Below the pieces are notes generated by a model. It was not told the origin of the DNA, searched no databases, and worked only from the letters and a program-made list of their open reading frames with translations. Both the position numbers and the translations under genes were made by a program. 64,000 nucleotides of DNA from the human T2T-CHM13v2.0 reference genome, Homo sapiens, in assembly GCF_009914755.1 (NCBI RefSeq), contig NC_060937.1; one strand, 5' to 3'. Of this stretch, positions 24,159 to 39,839 are shown in pieces (within the stretch, counting starts at the first letter, position 1; each line of letters starts with the position of its first letter).

Positions 24159-26554
24159 ATGGATTTGCCTACTTTAGACATGTTTTCAAGATTTATCCAC
24201 GTCATGGCATATACCAGAACTTCATTTCTTTTATGATTGAATAATATTACATGGTTTTAATATACTATATTTTGTTTATCTGTTCATCAATTAATAAATC
24301 TTTGGGTTGTTTTCACTTTTAGGCTATAATAATTAACGCTGTTAGGAATATTTACTTGTAAGTTTTTGTTATATGTTTTTAATTCTCCTGGGTAGATACT
24401 TAGGGATAAAATTGCTGAATTAGATTGTAACTTTATGTTTAGAAACTGCCCAACTGTTTTCCAAAGTAACTATCATTTTAATATTTCACCAGCATTGTAT
24501 GACAGTTCTGGTCTTTCCTTATTTAAACTAATACTTAATTGTTGCCTTTTATTGTAGCTATCCTAGTAGATATGAAGTGTTATCTCATTATGGTTTTGAT
24601 TTGCATTCTCTAATGACTAATAATATCAAGCATCTTTTCATGTGTATACAAGATATTTGTATATCTTCTTTAGAGAAATGTCTACTCAAATCCTGTGCCT
24701 ATGTTTTAATTGGATAATTTATGTTTTTATTGTTGAGTTGTAATAGTTTTTAAATATATTCTGGATCCTAGACCTTTAACAGTACATGATTTGTAAATAT
24801 TTTCTCCCATTCTGTGGGTTGGCTTTTCACTTCTTTATATTATCTTTTGAAGTACAAGTTTTTTATTTTGATAAAGTCCAGTTTATCTATTTTTTTCTTT
24901 TTTTGCTTGTCTTTTGGTGTCGTATCTAACAAACCATTGCCTAAATCTGAGGTCACAAATTTTACAGCTGTGATTTCTTCTAAGAGTTTTATGCTTTTAG
25001 CTTTCACATTTAGGTCTTTGATACATTCTGTGTTAGTTTTTGTATAGGGTAAGAGATAGGAATCCAATTTCATTCTTTTATATGTGTATATGTGTATCTC
25101 CCATTTTTGCAGCACCATTTGTTTAAAAGACTATTGTTTCCTCCTTTGAACTGTTCGGACATTCTTGTCAAAAATCAGTTGACCATAAATGTATGAGTTT
25201 ATTTTCAGACTCTCAATCCTATTCCATTGATAAATATGACTATCCTATGCCACTACTGTACAATCTTTATTGCTGTAGCTTTGTGCTGTAGATATCAAAA
25301 TCAGTAAGTGTTAGTTCTTTAACTTTGGGTTTTTTTTTTCAGATTATTTTTGTTATTCTGGACCCCTTGCATTTCCACATGAGGTTCAGTATTAGCTTAT
25401 ACATTTATACAAAAAAGGCAGCTGGAATTTTGATGGAGACAGTGCAAAAACTCTAGACGAATTCAAGGAGTTTGTTATCTTAACAATATTAAGTGTTCCA
25501 ATCCGTGAACCCAAGATGTATTTCCAGTTATTTAAGTCTTCTTTAGTTTCTTTCAATAACATTTTATAGTTTTTAGTATGCTAGTCTTGGAATTATTTTG
25601 TTAAATTTATTCCTAATTATTTTATTCTTAAAGCTGTTATAAATGAAATTATTTTAATTTTATTTACTGGTTGTTCATTGCTGGTGTATGAAAATACAAT
25701 TGAGTATTCTGTATTTCTCCTGTATCCTTTAACCTTGCTAAACTGGCTTATTAGACTTTCGTGAATTCCTTAAAATTTTCTATATAATGTCATTGGCAAA
25801 GAGATAGATTTACTTCTTCCTTTTCAATTTGGCTGCCTTTATTTATTTTTCTTCACTAATTGCTCTGGCTAGAGACTCCAATACAGTGTTGAATAGGAGA
25901 GGCTAGAAAGAACATTCATTTCCTGGTCTTAGTGGGAAAGATTCCAGGATTTCGGCATTAAGCATGATATTAGCTGTGCATTTTACTCTGATGTTGTTTA
26001 CCAAGTAGAGGAAGTTCCCTTTCATCCCATTTATTGAGTGTTTCATCATGAAATCATTTTTATTATAGATTCAGACAAATTATTTTTCTGCATCTTTTGA
26101 GATGATTCTGTAATTTTAGTCTTTCTTTATTAACATGGTATATGACATAGAAAAATTTTGGTATATCAAACCAACCTTGCATTCCATTGATAAATTCCAT
26201 TTGATCATTTGGTACAATTCTTTTTAAAATGTTGCACACTGAATTAAGTGTTCTAGTATTTTTTGAGGTTTTTTTTGGCATTTATATTTATAAGGGATAT
26301 TGTTCTGGAAGTATCCTTACTTGGGATATTTTTGTCTGGGTCTGATATCAGAGCAACACTGATCTTATAGAATAAGATGGGAAATAGTCCCACCTCTTCT
26401 ATTTTTGAAAGAGTTTGCAAAAGATTGCACTTACTTGTTTTTGAAACATTTGGTAGAATTTGCCAGTGAGTACATCTGGTCATAGGCTTTTCTTTGTGGG
26501 AAGTTTTTTGATTATGAATTCAATTTCTGTATTTGTTATAGGTTTATTTAGAGT

Positions 26555-27150
26555 CTGGCAGTTTGTTTATAATGTGCCTCAAAGAGAATTTTTTGGGGGT
26601 TGAATCTAATTAGGGACCTTTGAGTTTCCTGAATCTGGGTGTTTATATCTCTCCTAAGACTTGGGAAGTTTTCAGCTATTATTTAATTAAATAGGTTTTC
26701 TGTGCCTATCTTCATCTCTTCTCCCTCTGGCATTGTTACAATATGAATATTTGTTGGCTTAATGATGTCCTGTAGGTCCCATAGGATTTCTTCATTCTTT
26801 TTATTCTTATTTGTCTTACCTCTGAGTTATTTCAAAAGAACTATCTTAAAGTTCAGAAATTCTTTATTCTGTTTGATTTAGTCTGTTGTTGAAACTCTCA
26901 ATTGTATTTTTATTTCATTCAAGGCACTCATCAGTGTCAAGATTTTCGTTTGGTTCTTCTCATGATATCAATCTCTGTTGTTTTCCTAATTTCATTGAAT
27001 TGTATTGAATATTGGCTGTATTCTCTTGTATCTCACTGAGTTTCTTAAGATCATTATTTTAAATTCCCTTTCTGGAATTTTGTTCTTTTCTTTGGATTCT
27101 GTTACTGGAGAATTATTTTGCTCCTTTAGACGTGTCGTGTTTCCTTACTT

Positions 27151-27194
<44 letters not shown>

Positions 27195-28245
27195 CCTTTG
27201 TTGATATCTGTGCATACCAGTGGAACAGTCATCTTTTCAAATTTGGTGGAGTAGTTTTCAGAGGGAGAGACTGTTTCCTGCACATGAGTCATAGGATGTT
27301 GTTTAAGTGTGGTGTGTTGGCTTTGGTTTTAGATGGACTCAGTAGCATGGTCTCTGCATTTTATTCAGCTGCAATCCTCATTTATAGTGTCTGCAATTGT
27401 TTCAGTGGCCTAGGCTGTTGGTTTGTGATGGCAGTGATATGGTTTTGCTGGGCGAGGTGGGGTGGGGGTAGGGGTTGCTGGGCTGGCTGGCAGGCCAAGT
27501 GTGTAGGTATATCAGACTGTCCAGCTGTGTGTCATCTTCCATATTGTGCAAGTCCACCTATTCCCTTGTGGGTGGGGTGCTCTATGTGTTTGAACACCAA
27601 AATCTTAGCCATTCCACACAGCAATAGGCTCCAAGCAGCTAGGATAGTGGTGATGCAGCCACTCAAGCGAGCATACTGGAATGATGGCATGACTTCAGGG
27701 ATACAGAAAAATAGTGGCTACTGGATCCCAGGGCAGGACTCACTCTAGTAGTGGGTCCAGTTTCGAGATGGCACTGTGTCATACAGCTTTGGTGTGGGGA
27801 GTGGGGTGTGTGTGTGTGCACAAAATGGGCTCCTGTTTTGAGGCAATGCAGTTACATGAACTCTAGGCAACTCTCCTAACTGGTTTAGGACATGTGAGGA
27901 CTATCTACCTCTCCTGTAGCAAAGAACACAGGCATCTGCAGCAGTAACGAGGACTGCTGGGCAGTTGTAGCTTACCCTCTCCCCATAAGAAGTTCATCCT
28001 GGCTTTGAGCTGATCTCAACAGGGAAAACAGTATGGCTGAAATAGGGTTCTTCACTCTCTTGTCTATGGTGCTATCCTGGGTTTCTGTGTTCCACAAGGA
28101 TTTTGCAATTTTCCTGGTGCTCTCCAGTGTACTTCCTCATTCATGCTAGTGAAAATACAGTTGTTTATTCATTGTTTTGGTCCCTTTTTGCTGGGGAAGA
28201 TGAATACCAGGCAAGTCTAGACAGCTATCTTGCTGACATGCCAGT
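26555..28245 (-). mobile_element. Second L1 5' portion (L1M2/L1MA-type 5'UTR + ORF1) nested in the older L1
   Basis: Antisense ORF1 motifs (TATAATGTGCCTC, GACTTGGGAAGTTTTCAGCTATTATT) and 5' terminus CTAGACAGCTATCTTGCTGAC. Confidence 0.7.
27155..27192. repeat. (TG)19 microsatellite
   Basis: Perfect dinucleotide run. Confidence 0.97.
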
Positions 28246-28770
28246 CCACAAGTTTTTTCAGTTGTCTTAATTTGTAACAATCTTGTTCAGATTAAAATAA
28301 ACTTAATTTCAATAGTATATAAAAATTTTGCATTTGTATAGCTCTATTTCCTTCTGCCTCCTTTGTGCTATTATTTACTAAATTTACTTTAGTCTGAAGG
28401 ATTATCTTTAGTATTTCTTGTAGAGCAGTCTGCTAGTGATATATCCTTTCAGTTGTTTATTAGAAATATCTTAACTTCATTTTCCTTAGTTTTTTTACTA
28501 TATTTAAAATTTCAGCAGCAAAATTTTGTGCTGTTACTGTAATACAAATTAGATTTATATAACATATACTCACAACACAAATTCATAATTATTGCTTTAA
28601 GAGGGTTTGAAATAATAAGTTAGAAAAATCAGAGTTACAAATAAAAAAATACATTTATACTGTCTTGTATATGTAGTTACTTTTTCTAATGCTCTTTATT
28701 TTCTTTATTTGAATTTGAGTCACTGTCTAGTGTTCTTTGACTTTAGTGTGAAGGACTATCTTTAGTATTT

Positions 28771-29072
28771 ATTTTATTTTATTTTTTTTTGAGATGGAGT
28801 TTCACTCTTGTCACCCAGGCTGGAGTGCAATGGTGTGATCTCAGCTCACTACAACCTCTGCCTCCAGGGTTGAAGCGATTCTCCTGCCTCAGCTTCCTCA
28901 GTAGCTAGAATTACAGGCATGTGCCACCATGCCTGGCTAATTTTTGTATTTTTAGTAGGATGGGGTTTCTCCATGTTGGTCAGGCTGGTCTTGAACTCCT
29001 GACCTCGGGTGATCCACGCGCCTCGGCCTCCCAAAGTGCTGCGATCACAGACATGAGCCACTATGACTGGCC
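28771..29072 (-). mobile_element. AluSp
   Basis: GAGTTTCACTCTTG, TGCAATGG, GTTTCTCCATGTTGGTCAGG diagnostics; TSD TATCTT(T/G)AGTATTT at 28757-28770 and 29073-29086. Confidence 0.93.
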
Positions 29073-31549
29073 TATCTTGAGTATTTCTTGTAGAGCAGCC
29101 TGCTAGTGATAAATCCTCTCAGCTGTTTATTAGGAATGTCTTAACTTCACTATTTTGAAGAATACTTTTGCTGGATATAAAATTCTAGGTCGACATCTTG
29201 GTTGACATTTTTTTTTTTTAACACTTAGAGTATATAATTCCATTGCTTCTGGCTTCCATGGTTTCTGATGAGAAATTATTTGTTATTTTTATTGAGAATC
29301 CATTGACCTGATGAGTAGTTTCTTTCTTTCAGGTTTCAAGATTCTTTCTTTGTCCTTCAACAGTTTTATTATGATGTATCTAGTTGTAGATCTCTTTGAC
29401 TTTATCATACTTGGAGTTCGTTGAGCTTCTTGGATATATAGTATAACATTTTCCTTCCAATTTGGAAAGTTTTCAGTCATTATTTTTAATTTTTTCCCCC
29501 TTTCTCTTTATCCTTGACGTCTGAGACTACATTTATGCATGTTTTTAGGCTTGATTATCTCTGAGTCTCTGCTTATTTTTTTTAATTCTCTTTATTTCTA
29601 TTACCTAGAGTGGATAATCTCAATGGACCTGTCTTAAAATTTACTGATTCTTTTGTCTGCTTGCTGAAATCTGCTGTTGAGCCCTTATAGTAAATTTTTA
29701 TTTCAATTATTTATTTTTCAACTCCAGAATTTCTATTCAGTTCATTTTTATAATTATCTCTTTATTGATATCCTCCATTTGCTGAAATATCATTCTCATA
29801 CTTACCATAATTATTTAGATATAGTTTCCTTGGTTCTTTGACCGTTTTTTAAATTTCTGACTTAAAGTCTATGTCTAGTAAGTCCAACGGCTGTATTTTC
29901 TTGTGGATAATTTCTGTTGCTTACTCTATTTTTTCTGTATATAGACTATTATCTGTCTTTGCATGTCCTATTTTTTTCCTGGGTATTTAAAATAATTTGA
30001 TGTGGCACTGAAAATCAGACTTTCCTTCTTCTAGGGTTTCTGGTGGTAGTGGTTTTCTGAACTAATTCTTGCTGGTGGTAGTGGTTTCTGAACTAAATAC
30101 AAAGCCTGTATTTGTTGTTGTTATTGTTATGAGTAGCCACTGAAATTTCTGCTCAGTGGTCAGCTAATGATCAGAGAGAAAGTATTTTACATGCCTGGAA
30201 GAAATAAGTACTAAAGTTTTTGCTGAGAGGTTCTGTGTACATTTTGGAGCATGGCTTTGACACTAAGTCAAGAACTTGACAATTCTGTCTTAGCCTTTAC
30301 TTCCTGCTTATACAAAGCTTCAAGTTTAGCCAGAACTGAGAGCACAGGGCATTGTCTGTTTTTCCTGACAATACGCATAGTCCTGAACTTGCACATGGCT
30401 CCACATATGCATGTAGCCTTTTAGATTCCCAGGAATATGTCAGCTTTTCAAAGTTCCCCATGAACATCTCAGATTTTCCTTTGAAGCCTTTTGGTTAGTC
30501 TATTGTTTGTATCAACTGTGTCTCACTTCTTCAGGGAGCTGCAATATTCAACAGATTGTTTTCAACAAATGCTCCAGAGGAAAAGGCTGTTTGCATTAGA
30601 TGACTTTTGAAGCAGATCTTATAAGGACAACCTTTTAAGTAGGGTCTTCCAGGGAACTTCCAGAAAGGTCAAATAATTTTAATTTTCTGGGAATGGGGAT
30701 TCAAAGAAGCTCCAACCTTGTTTTGCCCTTTCCAGTGACTACAATGCTTTTGCTTTTCATTGTGATTGTGGGTTGTTTATTTTATATCTACTGTAGAGCT
30801 GGAGAAGGTAGAGTGGATTGGAATAGGACAAGTTAAAATGCCACAAAACTCTCTGTACTTACTGAGATTCAGCCATTTTTCTGAATAAACACTCTCTGGA
30901 TTGCTGCAAGCTTTTGGTTCCTTTCCAGACTTCTGAAAAAGTTAACTCTGACAATTTTTGCTGGTTTTCTCATTGCTTTTATGGGGGAGAGGATTTTCAG
31001 AAGTCATTACTTCATCATTTTCACTGACATCACTTCAAGTTCTATTTTTTTAATGAATTTTTTAAAGAATTCTGAAATTCCCTCTTAATCACACCTAAAT
31101 GAGCCACTGTTTATTGAACTTATATTGAACTAATAAGAACAGAATTTAGTTTAACTCACCTGGCAACCTTGATGAAAAGTGGAGTCAGCTGAGCCATTAC
31201 TCCTTCTCTAAACAATGCTGACTGAATGCAATGTCACTTTGATAGACATTACAGTCAAACAAATGCTCAACACTATTTAGTTGTCTGTATTTGATACTAT
31301 GTTGAGTGCTGAATAGGTGGAGTGAAAAGATTATTATTCTCAGTTTCTGGTAGCACCACCTGCTCTAGTCAAGACCAGGTATTGAATTCTACTCAGAAAT
31401 TTTGTCTGTATGGATGACACCTTGTACTAAGTAGATTATTAATGCTTACATTTTGTTTCTTGGGGGGTACTTTAAGACTGCATAATTCAATCTTGGATCC
31501 TTAGAATCCTAAACTTTTAGAATTGGAAACATCCTTAGGTATCATCTAG

Positions 31550-31812
31550 TCTTTCATTTCCCAAAAGGTGTTCTAGAGATGTTTATAAATGCAAAGGGAC
31601 AGAAGAAATACTTTGAGTGAATGTGGCTTAAACAAAGTCAAGCAGGTTTATTTACTGCTGGGGTTTTTGTAACATTCAATATACTACTTTATACTCTAAA
31701 TTTCTAAAAGGGGGCAACAACTTGTTGCATTTCCCTAATTAATTGGAGAATGAATTCTTTTTATTAAAACATGTCTCCTAGAAAATGTTCTGTAGGGTTA
31801 GGAAAACACTGA
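31550..31812. mobile_element. hAT-Charlie MITE (MER112/MER113-like)
   Basis: GGCTTAAACAAAGTCAAGCAGGTTTATTTACTGC core; right end GGAAAACACTG; family uncertain. Confidence 0.55.
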
Positions 31813-31855
31813 CCTAATTCAGTATCATTATTTTATCTATAAAGAGATTGAAGCT

Positions 31856-32034
31856 CAGGACTGCCAGATTTAACAAATTACAATGCAAGTCTTCTAGCAA
31901 AATTTGAATTTCATGTAAATAATGAATAACTTTTTATCATTTGCATAAGGCATACTTATACTGTACTAAAAATATATTACTTATATGAAATTTACATTTA
32001 GCTGAGCATTCTGTATTTTTGTCTGGTGATCCTA
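31856..32034 (+). mobile_element. MER53 palindromic hAT MITE
   Basis: TGCCAGATTTAACAAAT...AAATTTGAATTTCA...CATACTTATACT...TGAAATTTACATTTAGCTGAGCATTCTGTATTTTTGTCTGGTGATCCTA. Confidence 0.85.
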
Positions 32035-32298
32035 GCAATTGGCTTATCCAAAATGACATAGCAAATGCATAGAAGAACTGGGGCTAAAATAAAGTTTTTA
32101 TACTCTTACTTAGTGGTTTTATTTTCTAAGCTACATAGCATGGTTAAGGGTTTAATGGCACTGTGGCCTACTAAGGAGATACTATAATACATATAGAACC
32201 GCTTCACTCTTCTGTGACCCTCTATCACAGTGTCTGCCTAACAACCTAGCAGGAGAATACTACAACCAATATTAATGTAATTGAAAAATAACAATGAT

Positions 32299-32820
<522 letters not shown>

Positions 32821-33914
32821 AGAACTTTTAGGAAAGGAAAATTATATTTTGAAAAATCCCTTTTAAAATATATACCATAATTGAGAAGAAGTAAACTTTC
32901 TTTTTGACCGATCTCTGGAGGCTTGTTTGAACTCACTTTTAAGAAATAAAACCTCTGCCTGTCAGATGAATATCTTTATTGCAAAGGAAATTTGTATCAT
33001 ACAGCTCCTCCTAAGCAAGGAAAAACATAAAACAGAGATCTATGTTGGGTTGTGATATCTCTTTCTAGGTGAAGGTTAGGGGCAGAACCATAGGTCTAAG
33101 ACTTGGAGCTGCAAATAGCAACAGGTCCTGCACATGGTACCTGCATTTGTAAGTGGAGGACAAAAACCACATCTTATCACTCCTCTTTCCTCAGTAGAAT
33201 GTAGAGCAATAACTGGCATGTAGAAGGAGCTCAATAAAGATATCCAAACATATCTTTCTAGGAGATATGTTTTAATAAAAAAGGTCTGTTCTCTAATTAC
33301 TTAAGGGGAAAAGACCCTCACTAATCCTTTGAGTAGAGACACACACTCATAGCACCCACCACCAAAGCCTTCTTTCCCGTATGAAAGACAGCGATGCATG
33401 TGAGAATGGCTTCAGATTCCCTTCCTTTTTGACACTGAAACCTGACATTCTTTTGGATTAAGAACCTAACTAGCTCTACCCAACTAGCTCATAGATTCCT
33501 TGGCTGGAAAGCTGCCTTGGAGAGTTAAGAAAAATGAGGTTTCCAGAAAATTGAGGTGAAGGGGCACAAGCCTTTCAAAGCTGTCATATTAAAATCAGCA
33601 CGTTGACCATCATTTTCTGGAGACTTGGAGTGTAGACGAGAAGGCAGCCAGGGACATGGTGAAATGTGATTTTATCTCGGTGGTCAGTCTGAGTCTTTGT
33701 GGATCTCCTCACTCACATGTCTTTCCTCACTGATACCCAGCCCTTATTTACCAAGTCCCTTTGGCAAACAAGGGACCCATTTCCTCTTGAACTCTTGTCA
33801 AAATCGTTTTTAATTATTATAGATTTATGGCTCAAAAAATCGGAGAAATTCTAAATTAGTGGCTTAAAACATCAGCTGAATCTATCATATTCCATTTTTA
33901 TGATTACAACTACT

Positions 33915-34080
33915 ATCAATAATAGCTATCATTTTCTAAGGGCCTACCTTGTTCCATGTATTCTACTAAGTGCATTATATACATTAACTCATTAATCGAA
34001 TGGAAACTAACATTTCTCTGGAGGAATACATTTAGGCTCAGAGAGGTTAAGTAACTTACCTAAGGTTCCACGATGAGTTG
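33915..34080 (-). mobile_element. MIR SINE
   Basis: AATAATAGCTATCATTT...AGGCTCAGAGAGGTTAAGTAACTTACCTAAGGT. Confidence 0.75.
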
Positions 34081-36725
34081 GTGTTCTGAGAATAAATGTG
34101 CACTAAAGGACTACAGCAAACATTTTACTATTTTAGGCTTATGGAAATGAGGCAAACTCAATTTGTGAGACACACATTTTAATAAACTGTGTTTAAAGCT
34201 AGAGTTTACCACCTTCTCACACACTGAGTAACTTGAACTATGTATGCAAAGAACAGCTGCCTTGCGGGGGGGGGGTCTTGGAAGACCTACAGATGAGCCT
34301 TATTTATAATTAGAGTGCCACTCTTTAAGCATTATTTATAATTAACATGTCAGTGATTTATAATTGAAGAAATCCTCCTATTTTTAAAAGACTAATAAAC
34401 TGTTTTAAACTATTTAAATTATAATTCTTTTTATCCTTGATTTGATTACCAAACTTCAGGCCAGTTCTGTAACTGACTCTGAATTAATGGAAGTGAAAAC
34501 TAATGCAGTTTAATGTAGAGGATTTGTAGCCATCCTTGTGTGGCTTTCTTATTTAAAATACATCTCTTCTTGACTGGCACTGGCTGTTTGGATATCTGTA
34601 AGATTCACCCTTTGCAAGAATAGAATCAAAGCCTCTAAGGAATTGGATTTAATTCTGAGAACGTGGAATTTTCCTTTGAAGTGACCCTTTAAAAATATTA
34701 GCAAGTTCCTGCCTTAATATCCAACTTGTATGCCTCACTGAGTTTTCATGAGATTCGCAGCCATCACTAGTTCTTTGTCTGGAAGCTGAAATGAAAAGCT
34801 AAGAGTTGTAGTGGGCTGAGAGAACACTGCTCCGGCGTCGTGCCCCGCTGCCTGTTTTCGTCCAAATGACTCAGATACAGTACTACAGCTGTTTCAGCAT
34901 TCTTGGGTTTTGTTTGCCAGCTCTATTGGAGACTAAAGCTTATATAAGTAATATGAAACCTTAGCATTTACAACATAAAGCCACCACAAGAACTCACAGA
35001 CATTAAGCATTGGTAGGATTTTATTTGGAGGAATTTTATTTTAAAATGTAATATCCTTTTCCTTTCTTTGGCAAAATAGAATCAGGAGAACTTGGATGGA
35101 ACTCTACTGCTTATGAAAAGTCTCACCCTGTTCTTATAAGCAAGTCTGTCACCCTTGATTGGAAAGTAATAATTCATAAAACTTGATGTTATTATCGTTC
35201 CTCTGCCTGGAGTGATAGATATTCTTGAGGCTTTGTAAATAAAAAGTTTAAAATTGAATTTGCAACTCAAAAGACTGGTAAGTTCAAATGTTAGTTTCCT
35301 GCTGAGTAACTGCGAAAACAATTCCAAAGTAGCCAGTAGTGTGTTAGGAATGGCAGGTTTATTAAATGACTTGATGAAGTGCAATGAAAACACACTTTTG
35401 GTGTCTTTTTGCAGCCTTTCCCGCTACAAAAATAATAGTTTTCTTATAGACATTAGTGTTTGCCTTCACTCTACTTCTTTGGTTATTCTCCCAGTTCAGG
35501 TTTTATGCAAAGTTGTTCAATAACAAGGCGAGAGTTGGTTTTATTCCTAGCAGACCAATAGGGTTCTCATGTATGAACTGATTGTCTGACACTGCTTGGA
35601 GATTATTGGTTTGCATTTCACCATGTAATTTGTAGTAAAAAGTGTTAAACTATGATGAAAAATCCCTTTGGTGTAAAATAGTGCCACTGAGTATTGCGTT
35701 CTCATGGCAATATGCCTTCCAATGTCACATATCTTCACTGAAGTCCTTGAAGGAACTGGGTCTTGCTGGAGGGAAGAGAATGACCGAGATGTGGGAAGGT
35801 TGCTCTAGCCCAATAGAAAACCAGCAAGTTCATTTAAAAAGGTATCTTTCAATTATGAAAACTGGCAGGCATCAAAGGACACTTGGCAGTTGAACTTTGC
35901 AAAAACATTTGCACTGGCGGCTGAAGAGGACCTTCTCTATTGCTGGTTTCATAAAAAAATGAAACATTTTACAGTTTCACCTCAATTTCCTCTCTCCTTT
36001 TTCCACAGAAACAAAAGGTGATTTTTCAAGGTCCCTATATCAGCATTATTTGACATCCTCCTATGGGCTTGACCAAATAACTGACCCAATCACTCATGAA
36101 GAAAATCAAAAATACTTTGATTTTCACTCCTCACCCTCAATTCCTGTTAAGTTAATGGCAAATTGTTTCTTTTTCCCATTTCTTTATTCCTCCCACCCCA
36201 TGGGCAAAACACTGCTGCTATAAAAATAAAAACAGTGAAATTCCAGTCTTGACTAAATTTGGGAATTCTTGCACACATGAAAAAAATCTTTGTTTCTCTT
36301 TGTGGAAATTGGCAAAGTGAAAATGGACAGCTTAGCTCTTCTCACACTGGCACTTAGATTTACTGCAGAAGTTGAATTTTTAAAAGATTGTAAATATAAT
36401 TATAGGGGAAAAAGTGTGGTTTATGTTTATCTCCACACCAAATTCCCTGTATGGAGATCTTTATAACAAATCTGCAGGATTCCTTCCTTTCTGGTCAAGG
36501 ATGTAGGCTTGTAAGACCGGAGGCCTGTGCTCAGTGCCCCTTGCATGAAGACACTGTCTACTGTTGCTTAGCTCATCGGGTATAACGGAGGGTAAGGAAG
36601 CCTCAGACTGCCAGGTGACTGGATGACTAAGTGCATCCTTGAACCTCTGCTAAGATATCAACAAAACCCTCATGCAAACCGACTTTGGGGACTCTCTCCT
36701 TTTATTGGTCTCTGATATAAAATAG

Positions 36726-38685
<1,960 letters not shown>

Positions 38686-39219
38686 AAAATAGCTGTGGTT
38701 CATTTTATCCATACCATTCAACATGCTGAGTGGTGCAAGTCCCACTCTGTAATTTGTGTGTACATTTGTATACATATTTTCTTCTTCAGTGTTTATCCTT
38801 AACAAAATAAAATAGTTGTTCTAAATCTACAACGTTTCTGCATAAGCATAGCTAAAACACTGGTGAAAAGAGGAGCTGTGACCCACTCATATTCTAAACC
38901 CCCAAATTAAATCTCTTCTTTCCTACACTTCTCTGCTTTGTGACTTTTGTTTCTAATATCCACGTTAGAAAAAAAAGTTTAGCTGCCTGCTGGAGTTTTG
39001 GTGAAGCTTTTGGCCCTACCTTTAAGACATGGAGGGAATGTCTAGCATTCTTCACGGAAATGTGCCTGTGAGGAGCATTAACTCCTGTTATACAGGGAGA
39101 ATAGCTAGCTGGTAGAGGTCTCAGGGAGAAATCTTGCCTATTGCTATTGAGGAGGCCAGGTCATCTTGATTTACCATTTTATGTCCCACCTCCCTTCCCA
39201 CCTCTAGCCTCTCTTCTCC

Positions 39220-39466
39220 TGTGGTAGGAGGACTAATGGCCCCCTCAAAGCTGTCCAGGTCCTAATCCCCAGAACCCATGAATGTGTTACCTTACAAGGT
39301 AAAAGGAATTTTGCAGATGTTATTAAGTTAAGGATATTGAAATAGGGCCATTATCCTAGATTATCCAGGGGGCCCAATGTCATCACAAAGTACTTGTAAG
39401 AGGAATGCAGGAAGGTCATACGGGGAGAAGGCAGTGTGACAAGAGAAGCAGAGATAGGAGTAATGT
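39220..39466 (+). mobile_element. MLT1D-like MaLR LTR, 5' half
   Basis: TGTGGTAGG...AATGGCCCCC...GTCCTAATCCCCAGAACC...TGTTACCTTAC...TTTGCAGATG...GATTATCCAGGGGGCCCAATG. Confidence 0.85.
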
Positions 39467-39777
39467 AGAATGAGCATTTCACTGGTACTACTCATTTAGA
39501 AGAAAATTAACTTTGGAAATGTAAAAGTAATGATGAAATTTCTTGCACAAGTCATATTAAGTGCAAGGGTCTCAAAATCTTTCACAATAGACTATTATTA
39601 GAACCCTTGATATTTATGCTGATTTTCTAACTTCCAGCCTAGAAGACAATATTCTTCCCTCCATGGAGAATTCTGAATGGTGCCTGCAGGAGTGGAGGCT
39701 GGCCTGATGTTCCTCTTTCTTATTTCCTGTTTTTCTATGTTAATTGTAAGATGGCATTCCTTGTATGTGCGCCATTA

Positions 39778-39839
39778 AGGGACTTCCAGGACCAAAACCA
39801 GGAAAGTCTCAGGCAAACTGGGACAAGTTGGTCACCCTG
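39778..39839 (+). mobile_element. MER81-like hAT-Blackjack half element
   Basis: AAAACCAGGAAAGTCTCAGGCAAACTGGGACAAGTTGGTCACCCT. Confidence 0.75.

Larger units (their letters stand above)
23191..31034 (-). mobile_element. Ancient L1 (L1MB7-like 3' end, L1M4-type 5' end), rearranged, with nested insertions
   Basis: 3' end TTGAGATATAA...GTACAATTCAGTGG...TTCACAGAGTTGTGCAA; ORF2 remnants (24840..25118, 26063..26483); ORF1 remnant (29289..29480, ENFPN...IQEAQRTP...RYIIIKL); 5' end near 31034; candidate TSD TCAAGTTCTA at 23181-23190 and 31035-31044. Confidence 0.8.
31500..32110 (-). mobile_element. MIR-family relic split by two hAT MITEs
   Basis: MIR pieces TTAGAATTGGAAACATCCTTAGGTATCATCTAGT / ATTTTATCTATAAAGAGATTGAAGCTCAG / GGCTTATCCAAAATGACATAGC. 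Confidence 0.55.

Noticed and set aside
27005-27748. 247-aa ORF
   Set aside because: Antisense to an L1 5'UTR/ORF1 and runs through (TG)19 (CVCVCV); non-ATG start; no protein-like character
30040-30096. About 26-bp local duplication (CTGGTGGTAGTGGTTTCTGAACTAA)
   Set aside because: Ordinary slippage duplication inside an old L1
33246-33280. 10-bp hairpin AAACATATCT/AGATATGTTT followed by AATAAA
   Set aside because: No supporting transcript context; could be chance or a small template switch
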